From NCBI RefSeq assembly GCF_030149235.1, contig NZ_JASBRW010000083.1, positions 47,964 to 111,963 of the forward strand: a stretch of DNA of 64,000 nucleotides, read 5' to 3'. The notes under the pieces are model-generated. The model was not told where the DNA came from. It did not search any database and saw only the letters and a list, made by a program, of their open reading frames with translations. A program made the translations under genes and the position numbers. This document shows, piece by piece, positions 9,646-19,925 of this stretch (position 1 is the stretch's first letter; every line of letters begins with the position of its first letter). The stretch is from Maricaulis sp. (GTDB lineage Bacteria > Pseudomonadota > Alphaproteobacteria > Caulobacterales > Maricaulaceae).

Positions 9646-9909
9646 CTCATCCTCCCCAGATCGCGATACTGGGCGTCAATGTTTCACGATTGGGAAGCGG
9701 GTCAAGCAAACCGGCCTGTTGAAGACAGGCGGTCAAACCCTCACCCATCAACGTTAATCGGTGTTTTCCCCAGACAAAATTCCCCCCACAGTTGAATTCT
9801 GCCACAAACGCAGGGATAAGGGTTTCAGGGATTCGTTCCGTTCACGGACTTCTCCCTCACCCTGCACCGCGCTGCACCATCCCACACCCTCGCAACGCGG
9901 AAGCCTAAA

Positions 9910-9943
9910 GGGCTGGAGCACCCCCTCCAGCCCTTTTCTTCTT
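9910..9943 (+). terminator. orphan intrinsic terminator-like hairpin (no upstream plus-strand CDS)
   Basis: GGGCTGGAG-cacccc-CTCCAGCCC followed by TTTTCTTCTT. A U-tail results only on the + strand. Confidence 0.5.
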
Positions 9944-10065
9944 CCGACAAGTTACAAACCTCTCCGGCTCGGGAGGGTTTTCCACACCCTGTTTGGTTTC
10001 TCGCTTGTCGTTTGCTCCCCTCGGGTGCAACCGTCAGCCGACTTAAACCTCGGGGAGGAAATCTG

Positions 10066-10452
10066 ATGGGATTTATCGACGCGATCAAAAGCGGCTTTAG
10101 CAATTATGTGAATTTCCAGGGACGCGCTCGGCGTAGCGAGTACTGGTTCTGGGTGTTGTTTACGATAATCGCTTCCATCGCTCTTACCTTCGTAGATGTG
10201 GCAATGATGGGCGCCGAAAGCTTCGGGTTACTTAGCCCGCTATTCTCGCTGGCCATTATTCTGCCGAGCATTGCGGTTGCAGTTCGGCGCTTGCATGACA
10301 GCGGCAAGAGCGGCTGGTGGATCCTAATTAGCCTTATACCGCTGGTCGGTGCCATCGTGCTGATCATTTTCTACGTCAGCGACAGTGCACCGGGCAGCAA
10401 TCAATATGGCCCCAATCCGAAGGGCGTGGATCAAGCGCCGCTCGAGGGCTAG
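10066..10452 (+). CDS. DUF805 family inner-membrane protein
   Basis: The motif GRARRSEYWFWVLF is typical of DUF805, and GGGGAGG lies 8 nt upstream of ATG 10066. The listed ORF start at 10012 is probably too far upstream. Confidence 0.85.
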   Translation: MGFIDAIKSGFSNYVNFQGRARRSEYWFWVLFTIIASIALTFVDVAMMGAESFGLLSPLFSLAIILPSIAVAVRRLHDSGKSGWWILISLIPLVGAIVLIIFYVSDSAPGSNQYGPNPKGVDQAPLEG

Positions 10453-10468
10453 CAGCTCCAATCGGGAC

Positions 10469-10503
10469 GAAAAAGGGCGGCCCGGCGGGTCGCCCTTTCT
10501 TTT
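10469..10503. terminator. bidirectional intrinsic terminator
   Basis: AAAGGGCG(GCCC)-ggc-(GGGT)CGCCCTTT stem flanked by A5 and TTTCTTTT. It sits between convergent genes. Confidence 0.8.
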
Positions 10504-10522
10504 GTGCCACGCCTCGAAAACG

Positions 10523-11497
10523 CTAGGGCGTCAGAACAACCTTGCCCATGGCCTTGCGGCCTGAGAGCTGACCGAAGGCCTCGAGGAATTCCTCCAGCTT
10601 GTAGGCTCCCGCAACGCGCGGCTTGATCTTGCCGGCCTCGTAGAAATCGAACAGCTCTTTCATATTGCCGAAATGCCCCTTGGGGTCGCGCATGGCCCAG
10701 GCCCCCCAGAACACACCGACAGCCGATGCGCCTTTGAGCAGCGGCAGGTTGAGCGGCAGTTTCGGGATCGGGCCCGAAGCAAAGCCGATCACCAGGTGGC
10801 GGCCTTCCCAGCCAATAGCCCGGAATGCGGCTTCCGCCAACTCACCCCCAACCGGGTCATAGATAACATCCACGCCCTGGCCGCCGGTCAGTTCCTTGGT
10901 CCGTGCCTTGAGGTCTTCGCTGGAATAGTTGATGCCTTCGTCCGCACCGTGCTCACGGGCCACGGCGAGCTTCTCATCGCTCGAAGCGGCGGCGATGACC
11001 TTGGCGCCCATGGCCTTGGCCAGTTCGACCGTGGCCAGGCCGACACCGCCGGCCGCACCAAGAACGAGAACGCTCTCACCCGGCTGCAGCTTGGCCCGCT
11101 GTTTCAGGGCGTAATAGGAGGTCGCATAGACGACCGTCAGACCGGCGGCTTCCTCGAACGACATCGCGTCGGGGATTTTGATCGCCGCCATGGCAGGCGT
11201 GGCGACTTTCTCGGCAAAGGCGCCGGTCAAGCCATTGAAGCAGACACGGTCACCAACCTTGAGATTCTCAACCCCGTCCGCCACCTCGGTGACGACACCG
11301 GCGCCCTCGCCGCCCGGCACGAAAGGCGTCGGCGGCTTGAACTGGTATTCGCCCCGCACACAGAGCAGATCAGGGAAGTTGAGCCCGGCCGCCTTGACGT
11401 CGACCAGGACATGACCGTCCGGCAGGACCGGATCCTCAATGTCCTCGACCTTCATCTGGTCTTCCGGACCGAACTCGCGGCAATAAAGCGCTTTCAT
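10523..11497 (-). CDS. NADPH:quinone oxidoreductase / zeta-crystallin-like medium-chain reductase
   Basis: 324 aa from MKALYCREFG, with NFPD, GGEGAGVV and the nucleotide motif VLGAAGGVG. The listed ORF carries a 21-aa upstream extension. Confidence 0.88.
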   Translation of the reverse strand: MKALYCREFGPEDQMKVEDIEDPVLPDGHVLVDVKAAGLNFPDLLCVRGEYQFKPPTPFVPGGEGAGVVTEVADGVENLKVGDRVCFNGLTGAFAEKVATPAMAAIKIPDAMSFEEAAGLTVVYATSYYALKQRAKLQPGESVLVLGAAGGVGLATVELAKAMGAKVIAAASSDEKLAVAREHGADEGINYSSEDLKARTKELTGGQGVDVIYDPVGGELAEAAFRAIGWEGRHLVIGFASGPIPKLPLNLPLLKGASAVGVFWGAWAMRDPKGHFGNMKELFDFYEAGKIKPRVAGAYKLEEFLEAFGQLSGRKAMGKVVLTP

Positions 11498-11511
11498 GGA
11501 ACTCCCCCGCC

Positions 11512-12714
11512 CTATGCGACTTCGAACAGGCCGGCGGCGCCCATACCGCCACCGACACACATGGTGGCAACGACGTATTTGGCGCCGCGACGCTTGCCCT
11601 CGATCAGGGCATGGCCAACCATGCGCGCCCCCGACATGCCATAGGGGTGGCCGATGGAAATGGCACCGCCATTGACGTTGAGGCGCTCATTCGGGATGCC
11701 CAGCTTGTCGCGGCAGTAGAGCACCTGGACGGCGAAGGCTTCGTTGAGCTCCCACAGGTCGATGTCATCCATGGTCAGACCGTTGGCCTTCAACAGCTTC
11801 GGCACAGCATGGATCGGTCCGATACCCATTTCATCCGGGTCGAGACCGGCCACGGCGATGCCGCGGTAAATGCCGAGCGGGTTGAGCCCGCGACGTTCGG
11901 CTTCCTTGGCTTCCATCAGCACGGAGGCAGAGGCGCCGTCCGACAACTGGGAGGCATTACCCGCGGTGATGAATTTGCCTTCCTTGATGACCTGGCCATT
12001 GGCGAAAACAGGCTTGAGGCCGGACAGGGACTCGACCGAGGTGCCCGGGCGGTTGCCCTCATCTTTCTCCAACGTCACGGCGATGTCGGAGACTTCCTTC
12101 GTCTCCTTGTTCATGAACTTCATGGTCGAGGGCAGCGGCACAATCTCATCGTCGAACTTGCCGGCCTGCTGGGCCTCATGCGTGCGCGCCTGGGACTGTG
12201 CTGCATACTCGTCCTGGGCTTCGCGGCTGACCCCGTAGCGATCGGCCACGATCTCGGCGGTCTCCAGCATGGTCATGTAAAGCGCCGGCTGGTTCTCAAC
12301 GATCCACGGGTCCGTGTCGCGATACGTGCGGGTCTTCTCCGTCTGCACCAGGGAGATGCTCTCCAGACCGCCGCCAACCGTCACCGTCATACCGTCGGCG
12401 ATGATCTGCTTGGCCGCCGTAGCGATGGCCATCATGCCGGACGCGCACTGGCGGTCCATCGACATGCCGGACACGGAGGTCGGCAGGCCGGCGCGGATGG
12501 CACAATTGCGACCCGGATTGCGGCCGGTCGTGCCCATCTGCATGGCACAGCCCATGACAACATCATCAATCTCGGCCGGATCAACACCGGAGCGCTCGAC
12601 CGCATTGCGGATCGCATGGCCGCCCATTTCCGGACCGGACGTGTCGTTGAATGCGCCGCGATAGGCTTTGCCGATCGGCGTGCGCGCCGTGGATACGATG
12701 ACTGCTTCACGCAT
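11512..12714 (-). CDS. acetyl-CoA C-acyltransferase (thiolase)
   Basis: 400 aa from [15 protein letters not shown]. Catalytic motifs [26 protein letters not shown] and CVGGGMG are present. Confidence 0.93.
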   Translation of the reverse strand: MREAVIVSTARTPIGKAYRGAFNDTSGPEMGGHAIRNAVERSGVDPAEIDDVVMGCAMQMGTTGRNPGRNCAIRAGLPTSVSGMSMDRQCASGMMAIATAAKQIIADGMTVTVGGGLESISLVQTEKTRTYRDTDPWIVENQPALYMTMLETAEIVADRYGVSREAQDEYAAQSQARTHEAQQAGKFDDEIVPLPSTMKFMNKETKEVSDIAVTLEKDEGNRPGTSVESLSGLKPVFANGQVIKEGKFITAGNASQLSDGASASVLMEAKEAERRGLNPLGIYRGIAVAGLDPDEMGIGPIHAVPKLLKANGLTMDDIDLWELNEAFAVQVLYCRDKLGIPNERLNVNGGAISIGHPYGMSGARMVGHALIEGKRRGAKYVVATMCVGGGMGAAGLFEVA

Positions 12715-12740
12715 GGTCTTCCTCCCTTTGACCGAAGGCC

Positions 12741-13544
12741 TCAAGCCTTGGTTCGATAACTGACCATCTGCTGGGTCGTGGCCATGAGCCGGCCATCCCG
12801 GCTCCAGATTGTTGCATGTTGATCATTGAATCCGCGGCCGCCGCGGGCGCCGGTGGCTTCAACGAGAAGATAATCCGTACCCACCGCCTCATAATCCTCG
12901 GGCGTGGCATGGAGATAGACCGTCATGGAAACGGTCGCGATCAGATCCGGCTTGCCGGTCTTGAAGAACAGCCGTGGCGTCGGTGTGTCGGCGAGCGCGA
13001 CCAGACTGACCGGGTCGAGCGGACGATCCGGATCCAGCCGCACCCAGGCCATTGACCGGGTCGTTCCATCGCCCCCCGCAAACGGGTTGTTTGACGCGCC
13101 GCGCATTTCCACCGCCTTGGTCCAGGCCATGGGCAGGAGAAAACGCTCACACGCTTCCGGCTCCGGGGCCAGCGGGCGATTGCCCTCGACCCAGGACAGG
13201 GTGTCACGCCGGCGGGAGAGAATACCCAGGGCGCAATTGGCCGGGGTCTCACTGCCGCCGGGAACAAGATCGGCGGTCCAGAACTGGGTATTGCGGCCCT
13301 CGCGCTTGCACTCCAGATCGATCGTGACCGGCCCCTCGCTGGCACCGGCCAGGAAATCCGTGGTGATCGTGGTCAACTCCATGTCGGGTCCTGCCGCCTC
13401 GATCATGGACTTGGCCAGAATGGCGGCACTCCACCCGCCATAAGGGCCGATCATATTCTTGAAGCCGGCATGGGCTGCCCCGCCGAAACGCAGACCGTCC
13501 TCACCTAAGGGCTCAAGCGCCGTGGCTTCGTCAAACAGATGCAT
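12741..13544 (-). CDS. acyl-CoA thioesterase, TesB-like double hot-dog family
   Basis: 267 aa with [15 protein letters not shown] and an overall TesB-like layout. Its start overlaps the upstream stop by 1 nt (TGATG). Confidence 0.75.
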   Translation of the reverse strand: MHLFDEATALEPLGEDGLRFGGAAHAGFKNMIGPYGGWSAAILAKSMIEAAGPDMELTTITTDFLAGASEGPVTIDLECKREGRNTQFWTADLVPGGSETPANCALGILSRRRDTLSWVEGNRPLAPEPEACERFLLPMAWTKAVEMRGASNNPFAGGDGTTRSMAWVRLDPDRPLDPVSLVALADTPTPRLFFKTGKPDLIATVSMTVYLHATPEDYEAVGTDYLLVEATGARGGRGFNDQHATIWSRDGRLMATTQQMVSYRTKA

Positions 13545-14464
13545 CAGCCCAGGCTAACACCGAGATGGGCGGCCGCCTTGGACAGGAATTTGATCGACTG
13601 CTCACCACCTTGGGCGAACTCCTTCTGTCCGTCCGTCGCGGTGATCGCATCGATATTCGCCGCCACGCCTTCCGGCGTCTGCTCTTCCGGCGGCAGATAA
13701 ATGCCGTCGGTCTCGTAGATCTTGGTCGCGGCGAACCCGCCTGCCCCGGCACACAGGACCAGGCGCGACGGCGCGTCCTCGCTGACCAGATAGGCCAGGC
13801 CCGCAGACACGGCTTCCGGCTTGAGCAGTTCCAGGGCCGGCGGCGGCAGCAGATCCTCGGTCATGCGCGTTGCCGCAACCGGTGCCAGCGCATTGACGCG
13901 GATATTGTACTTGGCACCTTCCAGGTGCAGCACATTCATGAACCCCACCAGGCCCATCTTCGCGGCGCCGTAATTGGACTGGCCGAAATTGCCGTAAATG
14001 CCCGAGGACGACGCCGTCATGGCGATACGGCCATAGCCGGCCTCGCGCATCGGTTCCCAGACGGCCTTGGTGCACACAGCCGAGCCCATGACATGGACAT
14101 CAAGCACGGCCTGGAAGTCCTCGACCGTCATCTTGGCAAAGCTCTTGTCGCGCAGGATGCCGGCATTGTTGACCAGAATGTCGACCTTGCCCCATTTCGC
14201 CATGGCCTGATCGACCATGTCCTGGACCTCGTCGGCCTTGGTAACATTGGCGCGATGCGAAATCGCCTCGCCGCCCGCATCGCGGATCTCCTGCGCCACA
14301 TCTTCCGCCGCCGAACCGCTGCCAGAGCCATCCATAGACCCGCCGAGGTCATTGACCACGAGTTTGGCCCCACGCGCGGCAAGAAGGTGGGCGTGGGCTC
14401 GGCCCAGGCCATGTCCCGCGCCGGTGACGATGGCCACGCGGCCGTCAAAACGAATTTCGGTCAT
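13544..14464 (-). CDS. SDR, MFE-2-type (R)-3-hydroxyacyl-CoA dehydrogenase-like
   Basis: 306 aa. N-terminus FDGRVAIVTGAGHGLGRAHAHLLAARGAKLVVNDLGG and catalytic YGAAKMG are typical of the multifunctional-enzyme-2 dehydrogenase domain. Confidence 0.85.
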   Translation of the reverse strand: MTEIRFDGRVAIVTGAGHGLGRAHAHLLAARGAKLVVNDLGGSMDGSGSGSAAEDVAQEIRDAGGEAISHRANVTKADEVQDMVDQAMAKWGKVDILVNNAGILRDKSFAKMTVEDFQAVLDVHVMGSAVCTKAVWEPMREAGYGRIAMTASSSGIYGNFGQSNYGAAKMGLVGFMNVLHLEGAKYNIRVNALAPVAATRMTEDLLPPPALELLKPEAVSAGLAYLVSEDAPSRLVLCAGAGGFAATKIYETDGIYLPPEEQTPEGVAANIDAITATDGQKEFAQGGEQSIKFLSKAAAHLGVSLG

Positions 14465-14482
14465 CTTGGTCTCTTGTCTGTC

Positions 14483-14947
14483 TTACTTGCCGAGGATCTG
14501 CAGGGTCAGCCAGTGGCCGATCAGGGCCGGCTTGTCCTCGCCCTCGATTTCTACGGTGACGCCATAGCGCAGCATCCACTGGCCAGGCTGACGCTCGGTT
14601 GCGTCGTCCAGCACGAAACGGCCCCGGACCTTCTTGCCGGCCCGGACGGGCTGCAGGAAACGGATCTTGTCGAAGCCGTAATTGATGCCCATCGCAATGC
14701 CCTGGAGCGAGAAGCCCAGATCCATCGCCATCGGCGACAGCAGCGACAGGGAGAGGAAGCCATGGGCGATGGTACCGCCGAACGGCGTTTCCTTCGCCGC
14801 CCGCTCTGGATCGATATGGATGAATTGCGGGTCCTCGGTGACATCGGCAAAAACATCGATGCGCTTCTGATCGACTTCGATCCAGCGCGATACACCGATT
14901 TCCTTGCCGACCAGGTCGGGCAGATTTGCAGGATTGACGCTCGGCAT
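14483..14947 (-). CDS. MaoC-family (R)-specific enoyl-CoA hydratase
   Basis: 154 aa hot-dog fold with DPQFIHIDPERAAKETPFGGTIAHGF. Its start overlaps the ligase stop by 1 nt (TGATG). Confidence 0.88.
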   Translation of the reverse strand: MPSVNPANLPDLVGKEIGVSRWIEVDQKRIDVFADVTEDPQFIHIDPERAAKETPFGGTIAHGFLSLSLLSPMAMDLGFSLQGIAMGINYGFDKIRFLQPVRAGKKVRGRFVLDDATERQPGQWMLRYGVTVEIEGEDKPALIGHWLTLQILGK

Positions 14948-16659
14948 CAGGCTTCAGCCTCCTCAGTCAAAAGCATTTTGCGCAGGCCCGGCTTGTCGAC
15001 CTTGCCGGTACCACCACGCGGGAGCGGTTCATCGAAACGCCAATAGCGCTCCGGACGCTTGAATTTGGCCAGGTGCGGCTCAAGGAATTCCAGGATTTCC
15101 TCGTCGCTCATATCGACACCCTCGCGCAGCAGGATAGCGGCACCGACGCGTTCACCGAGGCGCTCGTCCGGAATACCGATCACGCCGGCTTCCAGGATAT
15201 CGGGGTGCTTGGCCAGGGCATGCTCGACCTCGAGGCAGGAGACATTCTCGCCGCCGCGCAGGATCATGTCCTTGATCCGGTCCACGATGAAGAGGAAGCC
15301 GTCCTCGTCGAGATAGCCGATATCGCCGGTCTTGAACCAGCCATCCTCGGTCAGCACCGCTGCCGTCGCCTCCGGCTGGTTGAGATAGCCGCGGAACAGG
15401 ACGGGGCCCTTGATCCAGACCTCACCCGGCTCGCCCACAGCCGTCGCCGTGCCGTCTTCCTTGACGGTCTTGATATCCGTCACCGCCGGAGTCGCGCGGC
15501 CGCAGGAGCCCGGACGCGCCTGGTAGTCATGCATGGAGACATAGGCGCCGATGGCGTTGGTCTCCGTCAGGCCGTAGCCGGACGAGGCCCAGGCCTGCGG
15601 GAAGTTCTCGTTGAGCTTGTCGACATGGGCCGGCGGACGCTTGGCACCACCCGCCGAGATATCCTTCATGGTCTCCAGCGAAGTGCCGCGGCGTTCCGCC
15701 TCCAGCGTGATTTCGTGCGACATGGTCGGCACGCCCACCACATTGGTGATCTCTTCGGCCTGGATGAGATCAACCGCATCGCCGGCATCCCATTTGCGCA
15801 TCATCACCATTTTGCGGCCGGTCACGAAGGACATCATCATGACCGCGTGCGAACCGGTGCAGTGGAAGAGCGGCACAGCCACCAGGACGGCCGGGTTTTC
15901 CCCGAACAGGTCCTCGTCATTATTGGCCGCTTTTACAGCCGCACCGACCAGCGCATAGGACAGGACCGTCGAGACGGCACCGCGATGGGTCAGCACCGCA
16001 CCCTTCGGCTTACCCGTCGAACCGGACGTGTAGAAAATGCCGAAATCGCTATCGGTATCGATCTGCAGCTCGGGCGGCGCCTTTCCGGCTCCGGCCTCGA
16101 GGATCTGCTCGAGATGGTCATCGACATCGGTGACATCACCGCGTCCGGCGATCAGCGTGAGGCCGAGCTTGTCTTTGTAGGGGCGGATGCGATCGGCCTG
16201 GCGGAAACCGGCAATGACGAGCTTGGCGCCGCAATCGTCCAGCGCGTATTCCATCTCCTCGCCCGTCCACCAGCCATTCATCGGCACGACGACACCGCCG
16301 GCGCACAGAATGCCGAAGAAGCTGGCAATCCACTCCGGTGAATTCCGCATCGCCAGGGCGATGCGGGTGCCCGGCGTCACACCATGACGCTCGATCAGGC
16401 CATTGGCGATCGCGACCGCCTTGCCGATCAGCTCGCCATAGGTCCAGCGCTGATCTTCAAACACGATCGCGGTCTTTTCCGCATGCTCCATGGCCGCGAC
16501 CAGCAGGAAGCGCAGGTCGGCCGGAGCACCGGAATAGACGCGGTGCGTGACGCCACGGATCTCCGCCGCGCCGAGTTTGAACATCTCCTCATTCTCGAGG
16601 ATATGCATGACATAGGGTTCGACCTGGGCCCGTGTCGGGCCTTTCCGCTCGGCGCTCAC
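14947..16659 (-). CDS. AMP-dependent acyl-CoA synthetase/ligase
   Basis: 570 aa with the AMP-binding motif FYTSGSTGKPKGA, plus GYGLTE and the C-terminal GKVDK. Confidence 0.92.
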   Translation of the reverse strand: MSAERKGPTRAQVEPYVMHILENEEMFKLGAAEIRGVTHRVYSGAPADLRFLLVAAMEHAEKTAIVFEDQRWTYGELIGKAVAIANGLIERHGVTPGTRIALAMRNSPEWIASFFGILCAGGVVVPMNGWWTGEEMEYALDDCGAKLVIAGFRQADRIRPYKDKLGLTLIAGRGDVTDVDDHLEQILEAGAGKAPPELQIDTDSDFGIFYTSGSTGKPKGAVLTHRGAVSTVLSYALVGAAVKAANNDEDLFGENPAVLVAVPLFHCTGSHAVMMMSFVTGRKMVMMRKWDAGDAVDLIQAEEITNVVGVPTMSHEITLEAERRGTSLETMKDISAGGAKRPPAHVDKLNENFPQAWASSGYGLTETNAIGAYVSMHDYQARPGSCGRATPAVTDIKTVKEDGTATAVGEPGEVWIKGPVLFRGYLNQPEATAAVLTEDGWFKTGDIGYLDEDGFLFIVDRIKDMILRGGENVSCLEVEHALAKHPDILEAGVIGIPDERLGERVGAAILLREGVDMSDEEILEFLEPHLAKFKRPERYWRFDEPLPRGGTGKVDKPGLRKMLLTEEAEA

Positions 16660-17907
16660 CTAGCCCTCCAACGCTTCGTTGACATAACGCTTGAGCTCCT
16701 TGCGGCCGATGACCATGCGGTGCACGGCATCCGGGCCATCGGCGAAGCGCAGCGTGCGCAGACCGGCCCACATGCTGGCCAGCGGCGTATCCTGCGACAC
16801 GCCGGTACCGCCATGCATCTGCATCGCCTCGTCAACAGTATCGAGGGCCACGCGCGGGGCGATGACCTTGATCTGCGAGATCCACGGCGCTGCGGCACGG
16901 GCATCGCCCTGGTCCATCATCCAGGCCGCCTTCAGGCAAAGCAGGCGCGCCTGTTCAATCGCCATGCGGCGCTCGGCGATGATATCGACATTGGCGCCCA
17001 GCTTGGCCAGCGGTCGGCCAAAGGCCTCACGCGTCACCGAGCGGCGACAGAGCAGCTCGAGGGCCCGCTCGGCCTGGCCGATAGCCCGCATGCAGTGGTG
17101 GATACGGCCCGGCCCAAGACGGCCCTGGGAAATCTCGAAACCGCGCCCGCGGCCGAGGATGATGCTGTCAGCCGGGATGCGCGCATTGGTGAAGCGGATG
17201 TGCATGTGACCGTGCGGCGCATCGTCATGGCCGAACACCGTCATCGGACGCAGGATCTCGATGCCGTCGGTATTCTTCGCATCGACGAGGAATTGCGAGT
17301 GACGCCCGTGGCGGCCGGCATCTTCACCCTCGGTCTTGGCCATCAGGACGTAGACTTCACAGCGCGGGTCACCGGCGCCGGAGGCCCAGTATTTCTCGCC
17401 ATTGAGCACCCACTCATCCCCCTCGAGCACAGCCGAGAACGAGATATTGGTCGCATCGGACGAGGCGACATCGGGTTCCGTCATCAAATAGGCCGAGCGG
17501 ATCTTGCCCTCGAGCAGACCACCGAGCCATCTCTCTTTCTGGGCCGGCGTGCCATAGCGCTCGATGACTTCCATATTGCCGGTATCCGGCGCGGAACAGT
17601 TGAACACTTCCGGCGCCAGGAAGGACCAGCCCATCTCCTCGGCCAGATGGGCATATTCCACCGTCGACAGGCCGTAGCCACGATCGCTGTCAGTGAGCCA
17701 GAAATTCCACAGACCGCGCTCGCGTGCCTTGGCCTTGAGGCCCTCACGGATCTCGTTTTGCCGGTCGGTGAAGGCGAAACGGTCGCCACCCGGGGCCTTG
17801 CCGACCTCGTGATGGTATTCGTCTTCCAGCGGCATGATCTCGTCACGCACCATGGTGCGAACCTGATCGATGAGCGGCTTGACGCGCTCCGAAACTCCAA
17901 GATCCAT
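16660..17907 (-). CDS. acyl-CoA dehydrogenase, ACAD10/11 (FadE2)-like
   Basis: 415 aa with MTEPDVASSDATNI and the C-terminal RFADGPDAVH. Its stop directly abuts the ligase start (0-nt gap). Confidence 0.9.
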   Translation of the reverse strand: MDLGVSERVKPLIDQVRTMVRDEIMPLEDEYHHEVGKAPGGDRFAFTDRQNEIREGLKAKARERGLWNFWLTDSDRGYGLSTVEYAHLAEEMGWSFLAPEVFNCSAPDTGNMEVIERYGTPAQKERWLGGLLEGKIRSAYLMTEPDVASSDATNISFSAVLEGDEWVLNGEKYWASGAGDPRCEVYVLMAKTEGEDAGRHGRHSQFLVDAKNTDGIEILRPMTVFGHDDAPHGHMHIRFTNARIPADSIILGRGRGFEISQGRLGPGRIHHCMRAIGQAERALELLCRRSVTREAFGRPLAKLGANVDIIAERRMAIEQARLLCLKAAWMMDQGDARAAAPWISQIKVIAPRVALDTVDEAMQMHGGTGVSQDTPLASMWAGLRTLRFADGPDAVHRMVIGRKELKRYVNEALEG

Positions 17908-17947
17908 GATATCTCCCTCGCGCTTATCGTTTTGTCGTTAATTCACG

Positions 17948-18739
17948 TTAGACGGGACGCCCGCGCGCGCCCACCATCATACGTCGAAATTTCCGCATAC
18001 CGCCGATCCACCGGTCACGCTCCGTTGCCCGCAGGGCTTCGTATTGAGCGACCTGGGGATGCGGCAAGGCCAGAAAATGCTTGTTCTCGATCGAGGCCAG
18101 CAGGGCATCGGCGACGTCGGACGGCTCAACAATGCCGTCGGCGCCGGCAATGCCGCCATCCTCGCTATCGCCGATCATGTCGGTGCGCACGGCTTGCGGG
18201 CACACGCACACGACCTGCAGCCCCTCATCACCATGCGTGATGGCGAGACTCTCCGCGAAGGATACCGCCGCGTGCTTGGTGGCCGTGTAGGACGAGGCGC
18301 CGATCTGTCCCAGCAGGCCGGCAGCGGAGGCCACGATGGCGAAAACACCGCCGCCGCGCGGCTTCATGCGCGGCCAGACCGCGCGGGCCGAGCGCACAGC
18401 GCCCATCACATTCACCTCGAAACTGTCTTGCCATTCCTTGTCGGTGGCACCAGCGGCATCCCAGCTCGGGTCGTCGGTACGCAGAATTCCGGCATTGGAC
18501 ACAAAGACGCTGACCGGGCCGAGCTGAGCCTCGGCCTGGTCGAGGAATTTTCCGATCTGGGCTTCATCGGTGACGTCGAGCGTCATGCCCAGCGCGCCGA
18601 TCTCGGCGGCCGTCTCTTCCGCCCCGTTGAGATCGCCGATCGCCACTTTCGCGCCCTTGGCCTTGAAGCCCTCGGCAATGGCACGCCCGATACCGCGCGC
18701 GCCCCCTGTGACGGCTACCACATGGTCTGAATAGTCCAT
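17948..18739 (-). CDS. short-chain dehydrogenase/reductase (SDR)
   Basis: 263 aa from MDYSDHVVAVTGGARGIGRA, with catalytic YTATKHAAV. The listed ORF start at 18817 is probably an over-extension. Confidence 0.88.
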   Translation of the reverse strand: MDYSDHVVAVTGGARGIGRAIAEGFKAKGAKVAIGDLNGAEETAAEIGALGMTLDVTDEAQIGKFLDQAEAQLGPVSVFVSNAGILRTDDPSWDAAGATDKEWQDSFEVNVMGAVRSARAVWPRMKPRGGGVFAIVASAAGLLGQIGASSYTATKHAAVSFAESLAITHGDEGLQVVCVCPQAVRTDMIGDSEDGGIAGADGIVEPSDVADALLASIENKHFLALPHPQVAQYEALRATERDRWIGGMRKFRRMMVGARGRPV

Positions 18740-18764
18740 CGCAAGCCCTCCCCGGCTTTGTGGA

Positions 18765-19904
18765 TCAGTATTTACGCAGGCGGGCGAACTTGTCGGTATG
18801 GTAGTTGGTGTCGCCAAACAACGCAGCGGCCACGCGGACGCGCTTGATGAAGAAGCCGATATCGTACTCGTCTGTCATGCCGATACCGCCATGCATCTGG
18901 ATCGCTTCCTGCGCCGCGAGCTGAGCCACAGAGCCCATTTTCGACTTCGCAGCGGAGACCATCATCGCCGCATGATCCGGTGCCAGGTCCAGGGTCTGAA
19001 GCGTTTTCAGAACGATGGACTTGCCCAACTCGATCTCGGAATAAAGGTGCGCGGCGCGGTGCTGCAGACCCTGATAAGTCCCGATCACCTCACCGAACTG
19101 CTTGCGTTCCTTGAGATATTCGACGGTCTGCTCGAGGCATTCCTGGGCCGAACCCGACATTTCTGCCGACAGGCCGGCACGGCCCGCATCCAGCACCGCC
19201 TCAAGCGGCTTGTAGCCATTGTCGACATCACCCAGGACCGCATCGGCGTTGAGCTCGACATTCTCCAGCGTAACCCGCGCTGAATTACGGCTGTCGACCA
19301 TGGACGCGCGCTCGATAGTAACGCCGGCCGCGTCCTGCGGCACCAGGAAGAGGCTGACGCCATCTTCTTCCGCATCGCCGCCCGCGGTACGGGCCGAAAC
19401 GATCAGCATGTCAGCGATGTGACCGTCGGCGACAAAGCTCTTCTTGCCGTTCAGCTTGAAGCCATTGCCGGAGCGCTCGGCGCGGGTCTCGACATGAGCC
19501 GGGGCGTGCTTGCGGCCTTCATCGACAGCCAGAGCGGTAATCGCCTCACCGCCTGCGATACGCGGCAACCATTCGCCCTTCTGAGCCTCGCAGCCGAAAC
19601 GGGTGAGCGCCGTGGCGCCCATCACAGCGGTCGACAGGAAGGGTGACGCGGTCAGCGTTCGGCCCATTTCCTCGGCGATAACGCCGGCGGCGACATGGCC
19701 CATTTCCACACCGCCATGGGCTTCGGGAACCAGCACGCTGGTCCAGCCCATCTCGGCCATTGCCTTCCAGGTGTCACGGTCGAACCCATCGGCGCTCTCT
19801 GTATCGCGCAGCTTGCGCAACTGACTGACCGGTGCGCTGTCGGCCAAAAATCCCTTGGCCGCGTCTTTCAGCATGCCGGCTTCTTCGCTCAATACCATTG
19901 CCAT
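18765..19904 (-). CDS. acyl-CoA dehydrogenase family protein, likely non-catalytic (beta-type) subunit
   Basis: 379 aa ACAD fold. The C-terminal segment AALFGDTNYH replaces the usual xYEGTxEIQ, so there is no Glu at the canonical catalytic-base position (alignment by eye). Confidence 0.85.
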   Translation of the reverse strand: MAMVLSEEAGMLKDAAKGFLADSAPVSQLRKLRDTESADGFDRDTWKAMAEMGWTSVLVPEAHGGVEMGHVAAGVIAEEMGRTLTASPFLSTAVMGATALTRFGCEAQKGEWLPRIAGGEAITALAVDEGRKHAPAHVETRAERSGNGFKLNGKKSFVADGHIADMLIVSARTAGGDAEEDGVSLFLVPQDAAGVTIERASMVDSRNSARVTLENVELNADAVLGDVDNGYKPLEAVLDAGRAGLSAEMSGSAQECLEQTVEYLKERKQFGEVIGTYQGLQHRAAHLYSEIELGKSIVLKTLQTLDLAPDHAAMMVSAAKSKMGSVAQLAAQEAIQMHGGIGMTDEYDIGFFIKRVRVAAALFGDTNYHTDKFARLRKY

Positions 19905-19925
19905 GGTGAAACTCTCCCCGGATGC

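Noticed and set aside
9761-10066. 101-aa plus-strand ORF (and the 92-aa minus-strand ORF 9825-10103) inside the 420-nt intergenic gap
   Set aside because: It is Pro/Ser/Arg-rich low-complexity sequence with no RBS. It runs straight through two terminator-like hairpins and into the DUF805 RBS. The region is better explained as non-coding regulatory RNA or DNA. Confidence in this rejection is moderate.
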